A stretch of DNA of 64,000 bases from an uncultured Spirochaetota bacterium (GTDB lineage Bacteria; Spirochaetota; Spirochaetia; SZUA-6; Fen-1364): assembly GCA_963734545.1 (NCBI GenBank), contig CAVTHO010000009.1, positions 192,001-256,000 on the forward strand, written 5' to 3'. Position 1 is the first letter of the stretch; each line of letters starts with the position of its first letter. The notes beneath the pieces were generated by a model. It was not told where the DNA came from. It saw nothing but the letters and a program-made list of their open reading frames with translations, and did not search any database. Position numbers and translations under genes: made by a program. This document shows positions 39,487 through 50,880 of the stretch, one piece after another.

Positions 39487-42270
39487 CTAGTGGAAGGCAC
39501 CCCAGCTCTCCCCCGTCTCGCAGTGCACCTTCAGGGGGATATCGTGCCCGCTCGCGCTCTCCATGATTTCCCGCACGATGCGCGTGGCGCGCTCCACCTC
39601 CTCCTCCGGCGCTTCCAGAATGATCTCGTCATGCACCTGGAGGAGGATGCGGGAAGTGAGCTTCTCCTGCTTCAGCCGGTGATACAGCTTCACCATGGCA
39701 ATTTTCACGATATCCGCCGCGCTGCCCTGAATGGGCGAGTTCACCGCTGCCCTCTCCGCCGCGGTCTTCTCGGTCCTGTTCCTGCTGTTGATCGTGGAAA
39801 TCCTCCGGCGCCTGCCGAAGAGTGTATGCACATACCCCGTTTTCTCCGCCCCGCGGATCGTTTCCTTCAGAAAGGCGTCGACGCCCTGGTAGCGCTGGAA
39901 GTAGGTCTTGATGAATCGATCCGCGTCAGATCGCGGAATCTTCAGGCCCTGCGCGAGCCCGAAGGCGGACATCCCGTAGATCACGCCGAAATTGATCGTC
40001 TTGGCGGCCCTGCGCATGTCCGCCGTGACCTGGTCCTCAGTCACATTGAAAATAAGTGATGCCGTCTGCCGGTGAATGTCCTTGCCCTCCTTGAACGCCT
40101 CGATGAGGATGGGGTCCTTGGAAAGATAGGCCAGGATGGCGAGCTCGATCTGGGCATAGTCGGCGCTGATGAAGCGCATTCCGGGCGCGGGCACGAAGGC
40201 GGTCCTGATGCGCCTGCCTTCCTCCTCGCGGATCGGGATGTTCTGGAGGTTCGGATCCTTGCTGGCGAGCCGGCCCGTGGCAGCGCCCGTCTGTACGTAG
40301 TGGGTGTGCAGCCTGCCCGTCTGCTCGTTGACGAGAAGCGGCAGCGCATCCACGTACGTGGATTTCAGCTTGGTGAGCTTCCTGTGGGCGAGGATCTTTT
40401 CCGGCACCGGGTCCTGGGCGGCCAGTATCTCCAGCACGTCCACGTCCGTCGAAAAGCCGGTCTTCGTCTTCTTGACGGGTGTGAGCTTGCGCCAGTTGAA
40501 AAGGATCTCCTGGAGCTGGCGCGTGGAGTTGATGTTGAACTTCCTGCCGCACAGCGCGTAAATCTCCGCCTCGATCTGCCCGAGGCTCGCTTCCATCTCC
40601 CGGCTGTACGCGGCCAGCTCGGCGGAAAGAATGCGGATGCCGGCAAGCTCCATCTCGGCAAGGACCTCGAGGAGGGGCATCTCCACGTCGCGGAAAATCA
40701 CCGCGAGCCCCTCGCCTTCAAGATCCCTGGCGAGAAGGTGGTACATCCGCAGCGTGAGGTCCACGTCCTCTCCCGCGTAGTCGGTCACCTGCTGAATGGG
40801 CCGGTCCGCGAGCGTCTGGCCCTTGCCGACGAGCTCCGTGTACGGCCTGATGCGAAACCCCAGGCGCTGCTCGGCCATGCGGTCCAGCCCATATGCTCCC
40901 TCGTCGCTTTCCAGCATCCATGCGGCAATCATCGTGTCGAAGTGCACATGGGCCGGCTTCACTCCCCAACGGCGCATCACTTTGTAGTCGTACTTGACGT
41001 TCTGGCCGACGAGAAGAAGCTTCGGGTCTTCCAGGAGCTTCGCGAAACGCTGTCTGACCGCGTCTTCGGGAAGACACGTCACTCCGGTTGCCCGCAGGGG
41101 CACATAGCAGGCCCTGCCCTCTTCCGCTGACAGGGACAGCCCGAGCCGCGGGGCGCTCATCTCGTCGGAGCCGTCGGTCTGAACGTCGAAAGCATACAGC
41201 CCGGCCGCCCTCGCCCTGTCGAGCCAGGCGTCCAGCTCGTCGAGATCGGTGACCGTCGTATAAGTGCCCGGCGCGGTGCTCTTCAACACGATGGCCTGCG
41301 GGGCGGCGGCCGGAGGCTCTATCGGGGGGACGGTCTGCGGGGCGGCCGCCCGTGGCGAAGTCGGCGAGGCAGCCTCCACCGTGGTGGATGCCGGCCGCGC
41401 CTTTCCGCCCAGCTCGGATACGAGGGTCTTCATCCCTTCCCGCTCGAAGAGGGGAATCGCCGATTCGGTCCTGAGCCCGGAAATGCGCAGCTCTTCGATG
41501 GGGGGCATTCCCGGCACGTCGCGCTTCAAAGTGACCAGCTCACGGGAAAGGAGCGCGGAGTCCCTGCCCGCCTCCAGCTTGCCGCGCACGGAAACAGGGG
41601 CGACCTCATCCAGCTTCGCGTAGAGGGTGTCCAGGTCGCCGAACTGGGCAAGAAGCTTCTGCGCCGTCTTCTCCCCTATTCCGGCCACCCCGGGGACGTT
41701 GTCGGAGGAATCGCCGGTCAGCGCGAGAAAATCGACGATCTGCTCCGGGTACACTCCCCTGGCCTCGAAAACCTTTTCGCGGGAGTATTCCTCCAGATCC
41801 GTTGTCCCGCGCTCCTGCGCAAGCAGGCGCACGTTTCCCCCTATGAGCTGCAGAATGTCCTTGTCCCCGGAAAGGATCCAGCAGGGACGCCTCGTTGCCC
41901 GGCATGCCTCCGCGAGGGTCGCCATGACGTCATCCGCCTCATAGCGGTCCGCGCGGATGCAGGGAACCCCCAGGGCGGCGAGGATCTCCTCGATGATCGG
42001 CACCTGGGCATGCAGATCGACGGGCGCCTTCTCCCGTGTGGCTTTGTACTCCGCGTAGCGCTCGTGGCGGAAAGTGGGGACCCGTGAGTCCATGGCAACG
42101 GCGATGTACCCGGGGGACCGGTCCCGCATGAGCTGGAAGAGCGTGCGGAAAAAGACAAATACCGACGAGCTGTTCCTCCCCTGGGGATTGAGCAGGGGCT
42201 TTTTCAGAAACGCGAAGTATCCCCGGTAGATGACGCTGTAGCCATCGATGAGGTACAGCTCGTGGCTCAT
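39487..42270 (-). CDS. polA: DNA polymerase I
   Basis: LIDGYS, EADDV, GDSSDNVPGV, TGRLAS..PNLQNIP, ADYAQIEL, RRAAKTINFGVIYG, QGSAADI, LQVHDE. Confidence 0.97.
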   Translation of the reverse strand: MSHELYLIDGYSVIYRGYFAFLKKPLLNPQGRNSSSVFVFFRTLFQLMRDRSPGYIAVAMDSRVPTFRHERYAEYKATREKAPVDLHAQVPIIEEILAALGVPCIRADRYEADDVMATLAEACRATRRPCWILSGDKDILQLIGGNVRLLAQERGTTDLEEYSREKVFEARGVYPEQIVDFLALTGDSSDNVPGVAGIGEKTAQKLLAQFGDLDTLYAKLDEVAPVSVRGKLEAGRDSALLSRELVTLKRDVPGMPPIEELRISGLRTESAIPLFEREGMKTLVSELGGKARPASTTVEAASPTSPRAAAPQTVPPIEPPAAAPQAIVLKSTAPGTYTTVTDLDELDAWLDRARAAGLYAFDVQTDGSDEMSAPRLGLSLSAEEGRACYVPLRATGVTCLPEDAVRQRFAKLLEDPKLLLVGQNVKYDYKVMRRWGVKPAHVHFDTMIAAWMLESDEGAYGLDRMAEQRLGFRIRPYTELVGKGQTLADRPIQQVTDYAGEDVDLTLRMYHLLARDLEGEGLAVIFRDVEMPLLEVLAEMELAGIRILSAELAAYSREMEASLGQIEAEIYALCGRKFNINSTRQLQEILFNWRKLTPVKKTKTGFSTDVDVLEILAAQDPVPEKILAHRKLTKLKSTYVDALPLLVNEQTGRLHTHYVQTGAATGRLASKDPNLQNIPIREEEGRRIRTAFVPAPGMRFISADYAQIELAILAYLSKDPILIEAFKEGKDIHRQTASLIFNVTEDQVTADMRRAAKTINFGVIYGMSAFGLAQGLKIPRSDADRFIKTYFQRYQGVDAFLKETIRGAEKTGYVHTLFGRRRRISTINSRNRTEKTAAERAAVNSPIQGSAADIVKIAMVKLYHRLKQEKLTSRILLQVHDEIILEAPEEEVERATRIVREIMESASGHDIPLKVHCETGESWGAFH

Positions 42271-42710
42271 GTGGTGATATCGACGAGACTGGGGACGACC
42301 TCCGCGAACGGCGATGCGGCCTTCGGCCAGGAGCGAAGGGAGCTGATTTCCTGCCGCAGATCGTTCATGCGCACTTTCAGCAGCCGGCGGTTGGATGCAT
42401 TGTGGGCGATCACCTGCTTCGCCATGGCATCGAGCGTCGATTTCAGCCGCGGCACGGTGGATTCGGTCCGGGGGTAGGCGGCCTGGTAAAGGGTCTCCAG
42501 CGGCTCGATCACTTTCTTCAGCGTGAAGATTTCCGCGATGATAGCCTGCTCCATCTCCGCCTGGACGAGGAGCTTCTCCGGCTCGCCGTTGCGGATGGAG
42601 GTTTCCTCGTGCTCCAGGATCGAGAGGTAGGCCTGGAATTTCTCCCTCTGGCGCAGCAGCATTTCCCGCAGGCGCTTCAGAATCGCGATCTTCTGTGAAG
42701 TCTCATTCAT
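42267..42710 (-). CDS. flgN: FlgN-like flagellar export chaperone
   Basis: Helical 147-aa protein ending LVDITT, directly downstream of fliS; assignment rests largely on context. Confidence 0.65.
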   Translation of the reverse strand: MNETSQKIAILKRLREMLLRQREKFQAYLSILEHEETSIRNGEPEKLLVQAEMEQAIIAEIFTLKKVIEPLETLYQAAYPRTESTVPRLKSTLDAMAKQVIAHNASNRRLLKVRMNDLRQEISSLRSWPKAASPFAEVVPSLVDITT

Positions 42711-42730
42711 CTACTTGTTCCCTCCCCTTG

Positions 42731-42774
42731 CACGGTACCGCGTTCGCGCGGAACGCGTACTCGCGTACCCCGTG
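42731..42774. repeat. REP-like nested hairpin between fliS and flgN
   Basis: cgttcgcgcggaacgcgtactcgcgta matches cgttcgcgtcgaacgggtactcccgta (59190-59216) with a compensatory stem change. Confidence 0.65.
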
Positions 42775-42789
42775 TCAGCTTTGTCAGCT

Positions 42790-43218
42790 TCAGCCGGCGA
42801 TGTTCACACCCGTTGTCGGGCTGATGTTTTCCTCCAGGCCCTTGCGCGTGGAAATCTCGTCCCACGCGTCACGCAGCTCGCCCAGGAGCTTTTTCACTTC
42901 CGCCAGGGGCGCCGTGTCCTTCTGCAGATTCCCCTCGAGCAGCCGGCGCGTCATGAACGAGTACAGGCTGAAAAGGTTCTTGGCAAGGACGCCCCCCTTC
43001 TCGAAATCCAGGGCGGACATGAGCTCGGAGAGGATGTCCTGGGCCGCGATGACGTGGTTGTTGATCGTGTCGTAGCGCCGGTGTCCCTCGGCGAACGCGT
43101 CGAGCGCCAGGTTGATGTGCCTGATGGCCCCGTCATAGAGCATCACGATGAGGCGTATCTGGTTCGCCGTCTTGATCTGGATCTCTTTGTAGGCATTCAC
43201 CGGATCGTTCGCGTTCAC
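42790..43218 (-). CDS. fliS: Flagellin export chaperone
   Basis: NAYKEIQIKTANQIRLIVMLYDGAI, LDFEKGG..AKNLFSLYSFM, ELRDAW. Confidence 0.93.
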   Translation of the reverse strand: MNANDPVNAYKEIQIKTANQIRLIVMLYDGAIRHINLALDAFAEGHRRYDTINNHVIAAQDILSELMSALDFEKGGVLAKNLFSLYSFMTRRLLEGNLQKDTAPLAEVKKLLGELRDAWDEISTRKGLEENISPTTGVNIAG

Positions 43219-43243
43219 CCTCGTACCCTTTCCTTCCGCCCCG

Positions 43244-45557
43244 TCACCGGGCATGCTCGATCAGCGAGGAGACCGGGACGATCTCGTACCCTCGCCGGAC
43301 AAGCTCATTGATAAGCAGATCCAGCTTCTGGAACAGGTAGTCGTTGCGCCGGGCGTCGCCCACCCCCACCCGCAGCGGGATGATGGATCCGGGTTTTTTC
43401 TCCGCAACGATATGCTCCACGATGTCCGCTGCCGGGAGATAACTGCCCCGCCCGTCCAGGGACTCGGAAGCGGCGACCAGGTCGTAGGAATCCACGTCGC
43501 GTCCGACGTATGCATAGTTCATCTCCGCGCCCCCGGCGATTATCTCCGAGTTCACAATGTAATACGGCGCGTGCCATAAAAGGGACAGTTCACGACCCGT
43601 GGCCGCGTAATAGTCGTCTTCATTGCGGGCGAGCCCGCCCTTGACGAAGGCGGCGTCCACGTCGAACCGGGAATCAGTCATGTTGAAATACGCGTAAAAG
43701 AGAGAACCGACCTCGTGCCCCGAATCAGCGATCTCCCTGACCATGTCGGGATAGCGGCGGATGAACTCCCCGTTCACGAAGAAGGTAGCGCGGAGCTTGT
43801 ACGCGGAAAGGGTATTGAGTATGGGCATGAGCCCTTCGGCGCTGTCGATGGCATTGAACACGAGGCTCACCTCGCGGCGTCGAAGCTGCGCGCCGTGGGT
43901 GAAGTTCTTGAAATCCACCGGCTCGCCCGTCTTGGGAAACGCCTCGTACACGGTTGTCTCGGGCGGGAACAGCGGGGTCGTGCCGAAGCCCCGGGCGTCC
44001 CTCACCATGACCAGGCTCGCGTAGCTGCCCCGCACGGAGCCCTCCAGGTAAACGCGGTAATTGCCGGAGACTAGGATCTTTTCCCGCACCGAGTACGCGT
44101 CTGCCTTTTTCCAGCCGCCGATCGTCTCGTCGAAGGAGAGAACCCTGTCCTTCAGCTTCGTCAGTACTTTTACCGGGGCGCTGCCGGGAGATCCGCGGGC
44201 GGTCGTTTCGCTGGCGTAGCCGAACTCGCCGGGCTGGGACACGGCCACGAGGGCCGCGGCCGCGGTGCCGAGGGCGTAGCGCTCGATATATGCCGCGCCG
44301 GCAACGAGCAGCTCGGCATCCCCCAGCCACAACACGTGGAGGGGGCTCGGGTGCGCCATCTTTCCCTTGTCCTGCCAGCTTGCGTAGTCTTTCCAGGACA
44401 CCCCGTCGGCGCCCATGAGCGCAGCCAGGCGTCCGTCGGGAGAGAGCACGATGTCGCGTACCCCCTGGTCCGGGGTCTGCTGGAATGTGCCGTACAGGCC
44501 CTGCGCGTCCTGAACGAGCCTGTAGACCGCCGTGCCGCGCGTGCCCGCGTCGCGTCTCTCGCAGAGCATGGTGACGATATTGCCGGTGGACCATATGACC
44601 TTCCGCACCGTGGTGTCGCGGGGCAGGGACATGTAGGGCAGCGCGAGAGGGTTGCCCGAGGCGTGGAAGTCTCCCAGAGTCATGTAGAACAGGAAGATAT
44701 TTCTCCCTCCCTTGTTGAGGAGGAGGTTCTTCCCATCCGGAGAGACCCAGAACGAATCGAAATTGGGATCGAAATCGAAGGGGATCTTCGAGTTGACTTT
44801 CCCTATCTTGAGGAAGCCGGCGTACAGGGCGCGGGTAAACAGCTCGGTGGGATCGATCTCGTAGACGATGACCCCGGAGATGTAGTACAGGCTGCGATTT
44901 CGGGACCACTGCATGCTCGCGATCGTGCCGTCTCCTATTTTTCGAAGAGCCTCCGTCAGCACGCGCTTTTCCTGGAGCTGCGCAAGCGAGTAATAGTAAA
45001 GGCTGGATGCCTTTGCGAACACGATGAATCGGGAATCCGGTGACCATACCGCCGGCAGCTCCTGGAGAGAAAGCTCGACCTTCTCCGAGATCAGCGTCTC
45101 GGCGCCGGTCACGACGTCCAGGAGGGTGAGATCACCCTGGGCCGGGGTGCGCGGGCGGATGAAAAGCAGGTACTTGCCGTCCGGCGACGTCCGCATGGGG
45201 AAGATCTTGCCGCCCTGCATCTGGCTTCCCGCGACGAACGAGGGAAACATGGCAAGGGGCGCGATGTTGCCGAACCCCTGCGCGGAGCGGAAGACGCCGA
45301 ACCGGTTCTGGATCTGGATCGCCTCCCTGCCCTGCAGGAGCTGGATGTCTTCCGGGAAGAAGGTGAGCTGGCGCATGTTTTTCGATACCGACATCCGCGA
45401 GGAAAAGCGTGTCGAAGGAGCCGATATCGGGTGCCTGGGTGGTGGCCGCGAAGAGGAGCCTGTCCGACGTGGACAGGTCCAGGCCGGAGAAGCTCACCTG
45501 GCCAAAAGCGGCGGCCGCAGCCAGTGAGATACAAAGGAGGAGTAGTGGTTTCCTCAA
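43244..45557 (-). CDS. Exported beta-propeller protein with a C-terminal NodB/polysaccharide deacetylase-like domain; apparent frameshift near 45378
   Basis: Signal peptide, repeated SPDGK/WSPDS blades, ATFFVNGEF...GHEVG, WHAPYY, PGSII, GYEIVPVSSL. Confidence 0.75.
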
Positions 45558-45688
45558 GGCCCGTCCCTCTTCTTTTCCTGCTCCGTACTATGATCGGCAC
45601 TCCGGAAGCCAAAGTTTCGCAGAAAACGGCACCCCTTCATTCGCGCGCTTCTTGACCCCCTCCGGGAGCCGATGCTACAGTTCCGCGC

Positions 45689-46624
45689 ATGAAGATACTG
45701 GTCACGGGCGGCTCGGGATTCATCGGATCGCACGTGGCGAATGCCTACCTCGCGGCCGGCCACCAGGTGGTGATCGTGGATGACCTGAGCACGGGCGCGA
45801 TCGAGAACCTGCCGAAGGAAGCGACCTTCTATCTCATGGATATAGGCTCACCGGAGATCGAGAAGGTCTTCCAGATAGAAAAACCCGACGTGGTGAATCA
45901 TCACGCGGCGCAGATGAGCGTGGTAGTCTCCGTGCGCGACCCGCGTCTCGACGCCACGGTCAATTCCCTGGGACTGTTGAACGTGCTGGAGGCAAGCTGG
46001 AAGACGGGCGTGAAGAAGTTCATCTTCATCTCCTCCGGCGGTGCGATCTACGGCGAAGCGGATGAAGAGACCATCCCCGAGGACCACCCCCCCGCTCCCC
46101 TGTCCCCCTATGCCATCCACAAGCTCCTCGGCGAGCACTACCTGCGCTTCTACGGGGCGCAGCACGGTTTGGAGTGGACGGCGTTGCGCTACGCAAACGT
46201 GTTCGGTCCCCGCCAGAACCCGTACGGCGAGGCGGGTGTCGTGGCCATATTCATCAACCGGCTGCTGAAGGGCGAGGTCCCCACGATCAACGCGTTTCCC
46301 GACGAGCCGGACGGAATGGCGCGGGACTATGTCTACGTGGAGGATGTGGCCCGCGCGAGCCTCCTGGCCCTCGACAAGGCGGCGGGAGAACCGGTCAATA
46401 TCGCCTCCGGCCGCATGGTCAGGACACGGGAGCTCCTGGCCGCCATCTGCAGGATCATGGGGAAGGAGCTCAAGTACACGCGGGCCGGTCCGCGGCCGGG
46501 GGACCTGCGGAGGAGCTGTCTCGACATCGCAAAGGCCGCCCGGGTGCTCGGCTGGAAACCCTCCTTCAGCCTGGAGGAGGGACTCGCACGCACCATCTCG
46601 TTCTTTACGGCCGCCCATGCCTGA
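45689..46624 (+). CDS. NAD-dependent nucleotide-sugar epimerase (UDP-glucose 4-epimerase-like)
   Basis: VTGGSGFIGSH, HHAAQ, SSGGAIYG, YAIHK, RYANVFGPRQ, GEAGVV. Confidence 0.9.
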   Translation: MKILVTGGSGFIGSHVANAYLAAGHQVVIVDDLSTGAIENLPKEATFYLMDIGSPEIEKVFQIEKPDVVNHHAAQMSVVVSVRDPRLDATVNSLGLLNVLEASWKTGVKKFIFISSGGAIYGEADEETIPEDHPPAPLSPYAIHKLLGEHYLRFYGAQHGLEWTALRYANVFGPRQNPYGEAGVVAIFINRLLKGEVPTINAFPDEPDGMARDYVYVEDVARASLLALDKAAGEPVNIASGRMVRTRELLAAICRIMGKELKYTRAGPRPGDLRRSCLDIAKAARVLGWKPSFSLEEGLARTISFFTAAHA

Positions 46625-47855
46625 CGCAAGCCAGTCCGAGATAGGAATCCTCCCCTGCCCCGGGGGAATGATCTTTGCCCAGAAAATCTACGCCCAGCTC
46701 GAAGCCATGGCCTCGGAAAAGCTCCACGATCGCGTGGCGAAGCTGAGCCGTCTCTACAAGCTTTCCCGCGCCGAGGTCATCCGGCAGATCAACCTCGCCA
46801 CGGACATCCAGCCCTCCTCGGGGGACCTGGATGAACCGGTGGATCAGCACCGCTCGCACACCTTCCTCGTCCCCGCCAAGTACACCCGGTTCCCCAACGG
46901 CGAGGTCAAGACGGAGATCCTCACCTCCGTGCGAAACACGGAGATCTATGTGGTGCAGGACGTGGCGAACCGGTACCCGCTCCGGTTCCAGAACGGCGAC
47001 TCTCCCCAGACCCTCTCCGTGAACGACCACATCTTCTGCCTGCTGGTGACCGTCGACGCGGCCCTCCAGGCGGGCGCCCTCCAGGTGACCGTAGTCCTGC
47101 CGACCTTTCCCTATTCGCGCCAGCACAAGAAGAAGGGACGGGAAAGCCTCTCCGCCGCGCGGCTGGGTCAGATACTCGAGAGCTTCGGGGTCACGCGCAT
47201 CATCACCCTGGACATCCACTCCAAGGAGATCGAGAACAGCTTCAACCATCTCCGCCTGGAGAACCTTCACGGCGCCTACCAGATTCTGAAGATGCTCTCC
47301 ACCGTCACGGATCTGAAGGACGAGGATCTCGTCGTGGTTGCCCCCGACACGGGCGCAGTGGACAGGAGCAAGTTCTACGCATCCATCCTCGGAAAATCAC
47401 TGGCCATGCTGTACAAGGAACGGGACTATTCCCGCGTGGCGCAGAGCGCGGACCAGGGCAACATCACGGATATGAAGCTCCTGGGCTCGGTGTCGGGGAA
47501 GACGGTGTTTCTCTGCGACGACATGCTGGGAACGGGAGGGACGCTGATCAAGGCCATGCGCGTGCTGAAGGAGGCGGGGGCGCGGGAGAACATCTGCGCC
47601 GTCAGTCTGCCGTTTTTCACCACGCCCGAGACCATCGAGGTGTTCCAGAAGGCGCACGATGAGGGTCTCTTCAGCCGCGTCATCGGCACCAACGCCGTGT
47701 TCCACGACGATTCGCTTCTCGGCAGGGAATGGTACCTCAGCGCGGACGTGGCGAACCTCTTTGCCCGGATCATCTACCGGCTGCACTACAACCGCAGCCT
47801 CAGCTCGCTGCTCGATGATCGGAGCGTGATCAAGGATCTTTTGAAGAGGTCCTGA
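46617..47855 (+). CDS. prs: Ribose-phosphate pyrophosphokinase
   Basis: RFPNGEVK, PYSRQHKK, TLDIHS, APDTGA, DDMLGTGGT. Confidence 0.88.
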   Translation: MPDASQSEIGILPCPGGMIFAQKIYAQLEAMASEKLHDRVAKLSRLYKLSRAEVIRQINLATDIQPSSGDLDEPVDQHRSHTFLVPAKYTRFPNGEVKTEILTSVRNTEIYVVQDVANRYPLRFQNGDSPQTLSVNDHIFCLLVTVDAALQAGALQVTVVLPTFPYSRQHKKKGRESLSAARLGQILESFGVTRIITLDIHSKEIENSFNHLRLENLHGAYQILKMLSTVTDLKDEDLVVVAPDTGAVDRSKFYASILGKSLAMLYKERDYSRVAQSADQGNITDMKLLGSVSGKTVFLCDDMLGTGGTLIKAMRVLKEAGARENICAVSLPFFTTPETIEVFQKAHDEGLFSRVIGTNAVFHDDSLLGREWYLSADVANLFARIIYRLHYNRSLSSLLDDRSVIKDLLKRS

Positions 47856-48078
47856 TGATGAGATCGAGCTCCCTCTCCATGTCGGAGAGAAGCTCCTGGA
47901 GCGTGCGGAGGCGCACGAGGTAGTCCACTTCCCCGGTCGCAATCAGCTCCCCGGTTGATTCCTCGATGAGACTGCCAAGATCTTCACCCTGCCCGAACTC
48001 GTAGCCGCAATGAGGACAGTACTCGTAGGTGGTGTCCACGCTTTTCCCGCAGAAAAGGCAGGATTTCAGCTCCTCCAT
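47830..48078 (-). CDS. Small zinc-ribbon protein
   Basis: CLFCGK...YCPHCG plus acidic helical tail; promoter TTGCGC-N17-TATACT directly upstream. Confidence 0.7.
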   Translation of the reverse strand: MEELKSCLFCGKSVDTTYEYCPHCGYEFGQGEDLGSLIEESTGELIATGEVDYLVRLRTLQELLSDMERELDLIIRTSSKDP

Positions 48079-48191
48079 GGCCTCAAGTATAGTCGGGCAC
48101 CGCGGAGCGCGCAAGTTTTTTTCCCGCCCCGGCGCGTGCGTGTCCCTTGCGATGCGTACACGCGTCCCTTGAGACTGCGTACCGTCGCGTC

Positions 48192-49269
48192 CTATTTCAG
48201 CTTCAGGATGTCCTCGATGGCGCCCAGCAGCTCGTCGATGTCGCTCATCTGCAGGTCACCCATGTGCGCGATGCGGAATGTCTGCTCCTTGAGCTTGCCG
48301 TAGCCGTTCGAGAGCGCGAGGTTGCGCTTGCCCAGCTCCTTGTTCAGGTCCGCCACCGAAATGCCGCGCGTGTTCTTGATGCACGTCACGGTCTTCGAGG
48401 CGAATTTCTCCATCCGGGTACAACGCAAAGTGCTTCTTCGCCCAATCCTGCACCCTCTTCGCCATCTTGTCGTGACGCGCGAATCGTGCGTCGATTCCTT
48501 CCTTCAGGATCCTGTCCATCTGCACGTCGAGCGCAAAGAGATGGGAGATGCTCATTGTGGACGGGTACTGGAAGTTCTTTTCCCGGATGAACTGCAGAAG
48601 CTGCAGCAGATCGAAGTAGTAGCCGCGGTTCTTCACGGACTGCATGCGCTTCTCCGCCTTGGGGGAGAGCGTGGCCAGGCTGAGGCCCGGAGGGAGAGCG
48701 AGGCATTTCTGGCTGGATGTCACCATGACATCGACGCCCAGCGCGTCCGTCTCCACCTTCACACCGCCGAACGAGGAGACCGCGTCGATGCACCAGACCA
48801 CGTCCGGGTACCTGCGGAATACGGGCGCGAGCTCGGTGAGATGGTTCATCACGCCGGTAGAGGTTTCGCTGTGTGTCAGCGTGGCGCAATCGTATTTGCC
48901 CGTGGAAAGGTACTGATCGATCATGTCGGGAGTGAGACCGTTGCCCCACTCCACCTCGTGCTTGTCCGCGGGCACGCCGTTGCCCTGCGCGATCTCGAAC
49001 CACCGGTTGCCGAACGTGCCTACCGAGAAGACGATGGCGCGCCTGGCCGTGCAGCAGCGGATGGCTCCTTCCATGAGCCCGCTGCCCGAGGAGGCGGAGA
49101 TCAGGACGGGATTGGCGGTGAAGGCGAGCTTCTGCACCTTCTCCGTGACGCGCTTCTGCAGGTCAGAGTAGTCCCCGCTCCTGTGGCCGATCATGGGGGT
49201 GGACATCGCCTTGAGTATTTCGGGATGCACCTCGGTAGGTCCGGGAATAAACAGTTTCTTATGCGGCAT
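48192..49269 (-). CDS. Class V aminotransferase (alanine-glyoxylate/serine-pyruvate type); apparent +1 frameshift near 48415
   Basis: LFIPGPT, IGHRS, HSETSTG, IDAVSS, SSQKCLALPPG, FRIAHMG. Confidence 0.9.
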
Positions 49270-49379
49270 TTGCTTCCTCTCCATGCAACGTACTCGGTGC
49301 GTTTCCTTACCGGGATTAATGGTTGCATATTAATACGGGGAATGAAAAAAGAGTCAAGACGTATATCGTGAATATATTC

Positions 49380-50880
49380 TCAATCCACGCCTGCTTCGAG
49401 CTCTGCCCTCAGATGCGGCGGGTAGGCCGCTCCCGCGAACAGGCGGAATTGCTCCATGGCCTGGCCTATGAGCATCTGACGGCCGCGCACGACCCGGCAC
49501 CCAGCCGCGAGCGCCCTGTGCAGGAATGCCGTCGTGGGGGGCGCATACAGGAGCTCGTAGACAATCTCCTTCCCGCTGAACGGAAAGCCGGGCGCGGGAT
49601 CGCCGAGGATGTCCGGCGTCATCCCCGCGCTCGTGGTTTGCACGACGAGATCCGCATAGCCCTGCGCCTGCCGAAAACCGTCCGCGTCCAGCCCGGCGTG
49701 CGAAACGGAGAAGGCCGCCGCGAGCTCGCCGCCGCGCGCCGGTGTGCGATTGAGCACCAGGACGCGCGCGCCGCTTGCCTTCAGCGCGTGCACGACCGCG
49801 CGGGCCGCGCCCCCGGCGCCGATCACCGTGGCTGAAATGCCCCGCGGCAAGACGCCGCCCAGCGCGGCGCGGAGCGGCGCGAGAAAGCCTTCGACGTCGG
49901 TGTTGGTGCCCTGCCAGCCGCCCTTGCCCTGCGCGCGCGTCATCGTGTTGCAGGCACCCGTTGCTTCCACAAGATGGTCGCGCCCGGACAAGCCGGGGGA
50001 TCACTGCCTGCTTGTGAGGAACCGTCACGGACAGGCCCCGGATCTCGAGCGCATCCGCGATCTCCCAGAAGCCGTCCAGATCGTCCACGAGGAAAGGAAG
50101 GTACACGGCATCGATCCCGAGCGCCGCAAAGCCTCGATTGTGGATGAGGGGGGACAGGGAGTGCATGACGGGACTGCCGATGATTCCGTAGACGCGTGTG
50201 CCCGCGGTGATGGCGCGGAAGTTGTACGTGCTTTCCAATGTCACAGGATCGAGGTGCCCCGGCGCGGCCTGCGAGCGGGGCGCAGACGCATAGCACAGGA
50301 ACGAGCCGAGCTTGGGGGCAAGCACCTGAGTGGGAAAGCCGATTTCCCCCATGCCCAGAAGAATCTTCTCCTCAGCCTTGAGGCTCTCGAAGGCGGCAAG
50401 CAGGCGGGCAAGGTCGGCCGCGTTTTTCGGCAGGAGGGCGGCCTTCGGGATCTCTCCCGGGCGATGCGCCAGGCCCGCCACCCGGCGCGCAAGATCGGCG
50501 GGCACTCCGGTGAAGTCGTGCAGGGACCTGATGATGCGCCCCCCTCTGCCGGTCACCCGTTGTTCGAGCTCCGGCGCTTCGAGATCCTCCTCGAGATCGA
50601 CGTAGGCGAATCCCGCTTCCGCCAGCCTCATCAACAGGGCGCGCCGTTCCCGCTCGTCTCCGGCGAACGCGCCGCCTTCATGGGCGCGCCTCAGCGTGAG
50701 TATGACCGGACAGCCGACAAGACCCGGCAGCCGCCCCGCCTGACCCGCCTCCGCGGCGCTGAGCCGATCCACGCGCAGCTCCAGGAGGTCGAATCTCCTG
50801 CGATGCTCCGCCGCAATCCGGAGATCCGCTTCAATGGTTTCCTCTGCCAGGCAGAGGCAGATAGCGGTGCGCTCTTTCAA
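49380..50880 (-). CDS. aroDE: Bifunctional type I 3-dehydroquinate dehydratase/shikimate dehydrogenase; apparent +1 frameshift near 49984
   Basis: TTG start with SD AGGAG; LELRVD, LTLRR..EGG, YVDLE, SLHDF, APGHL; HSLSPLIHN, SVTVPHK, GACNT, NTDVEG, IGAGGAARA, MLIGQA. Confidence 0.88.
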
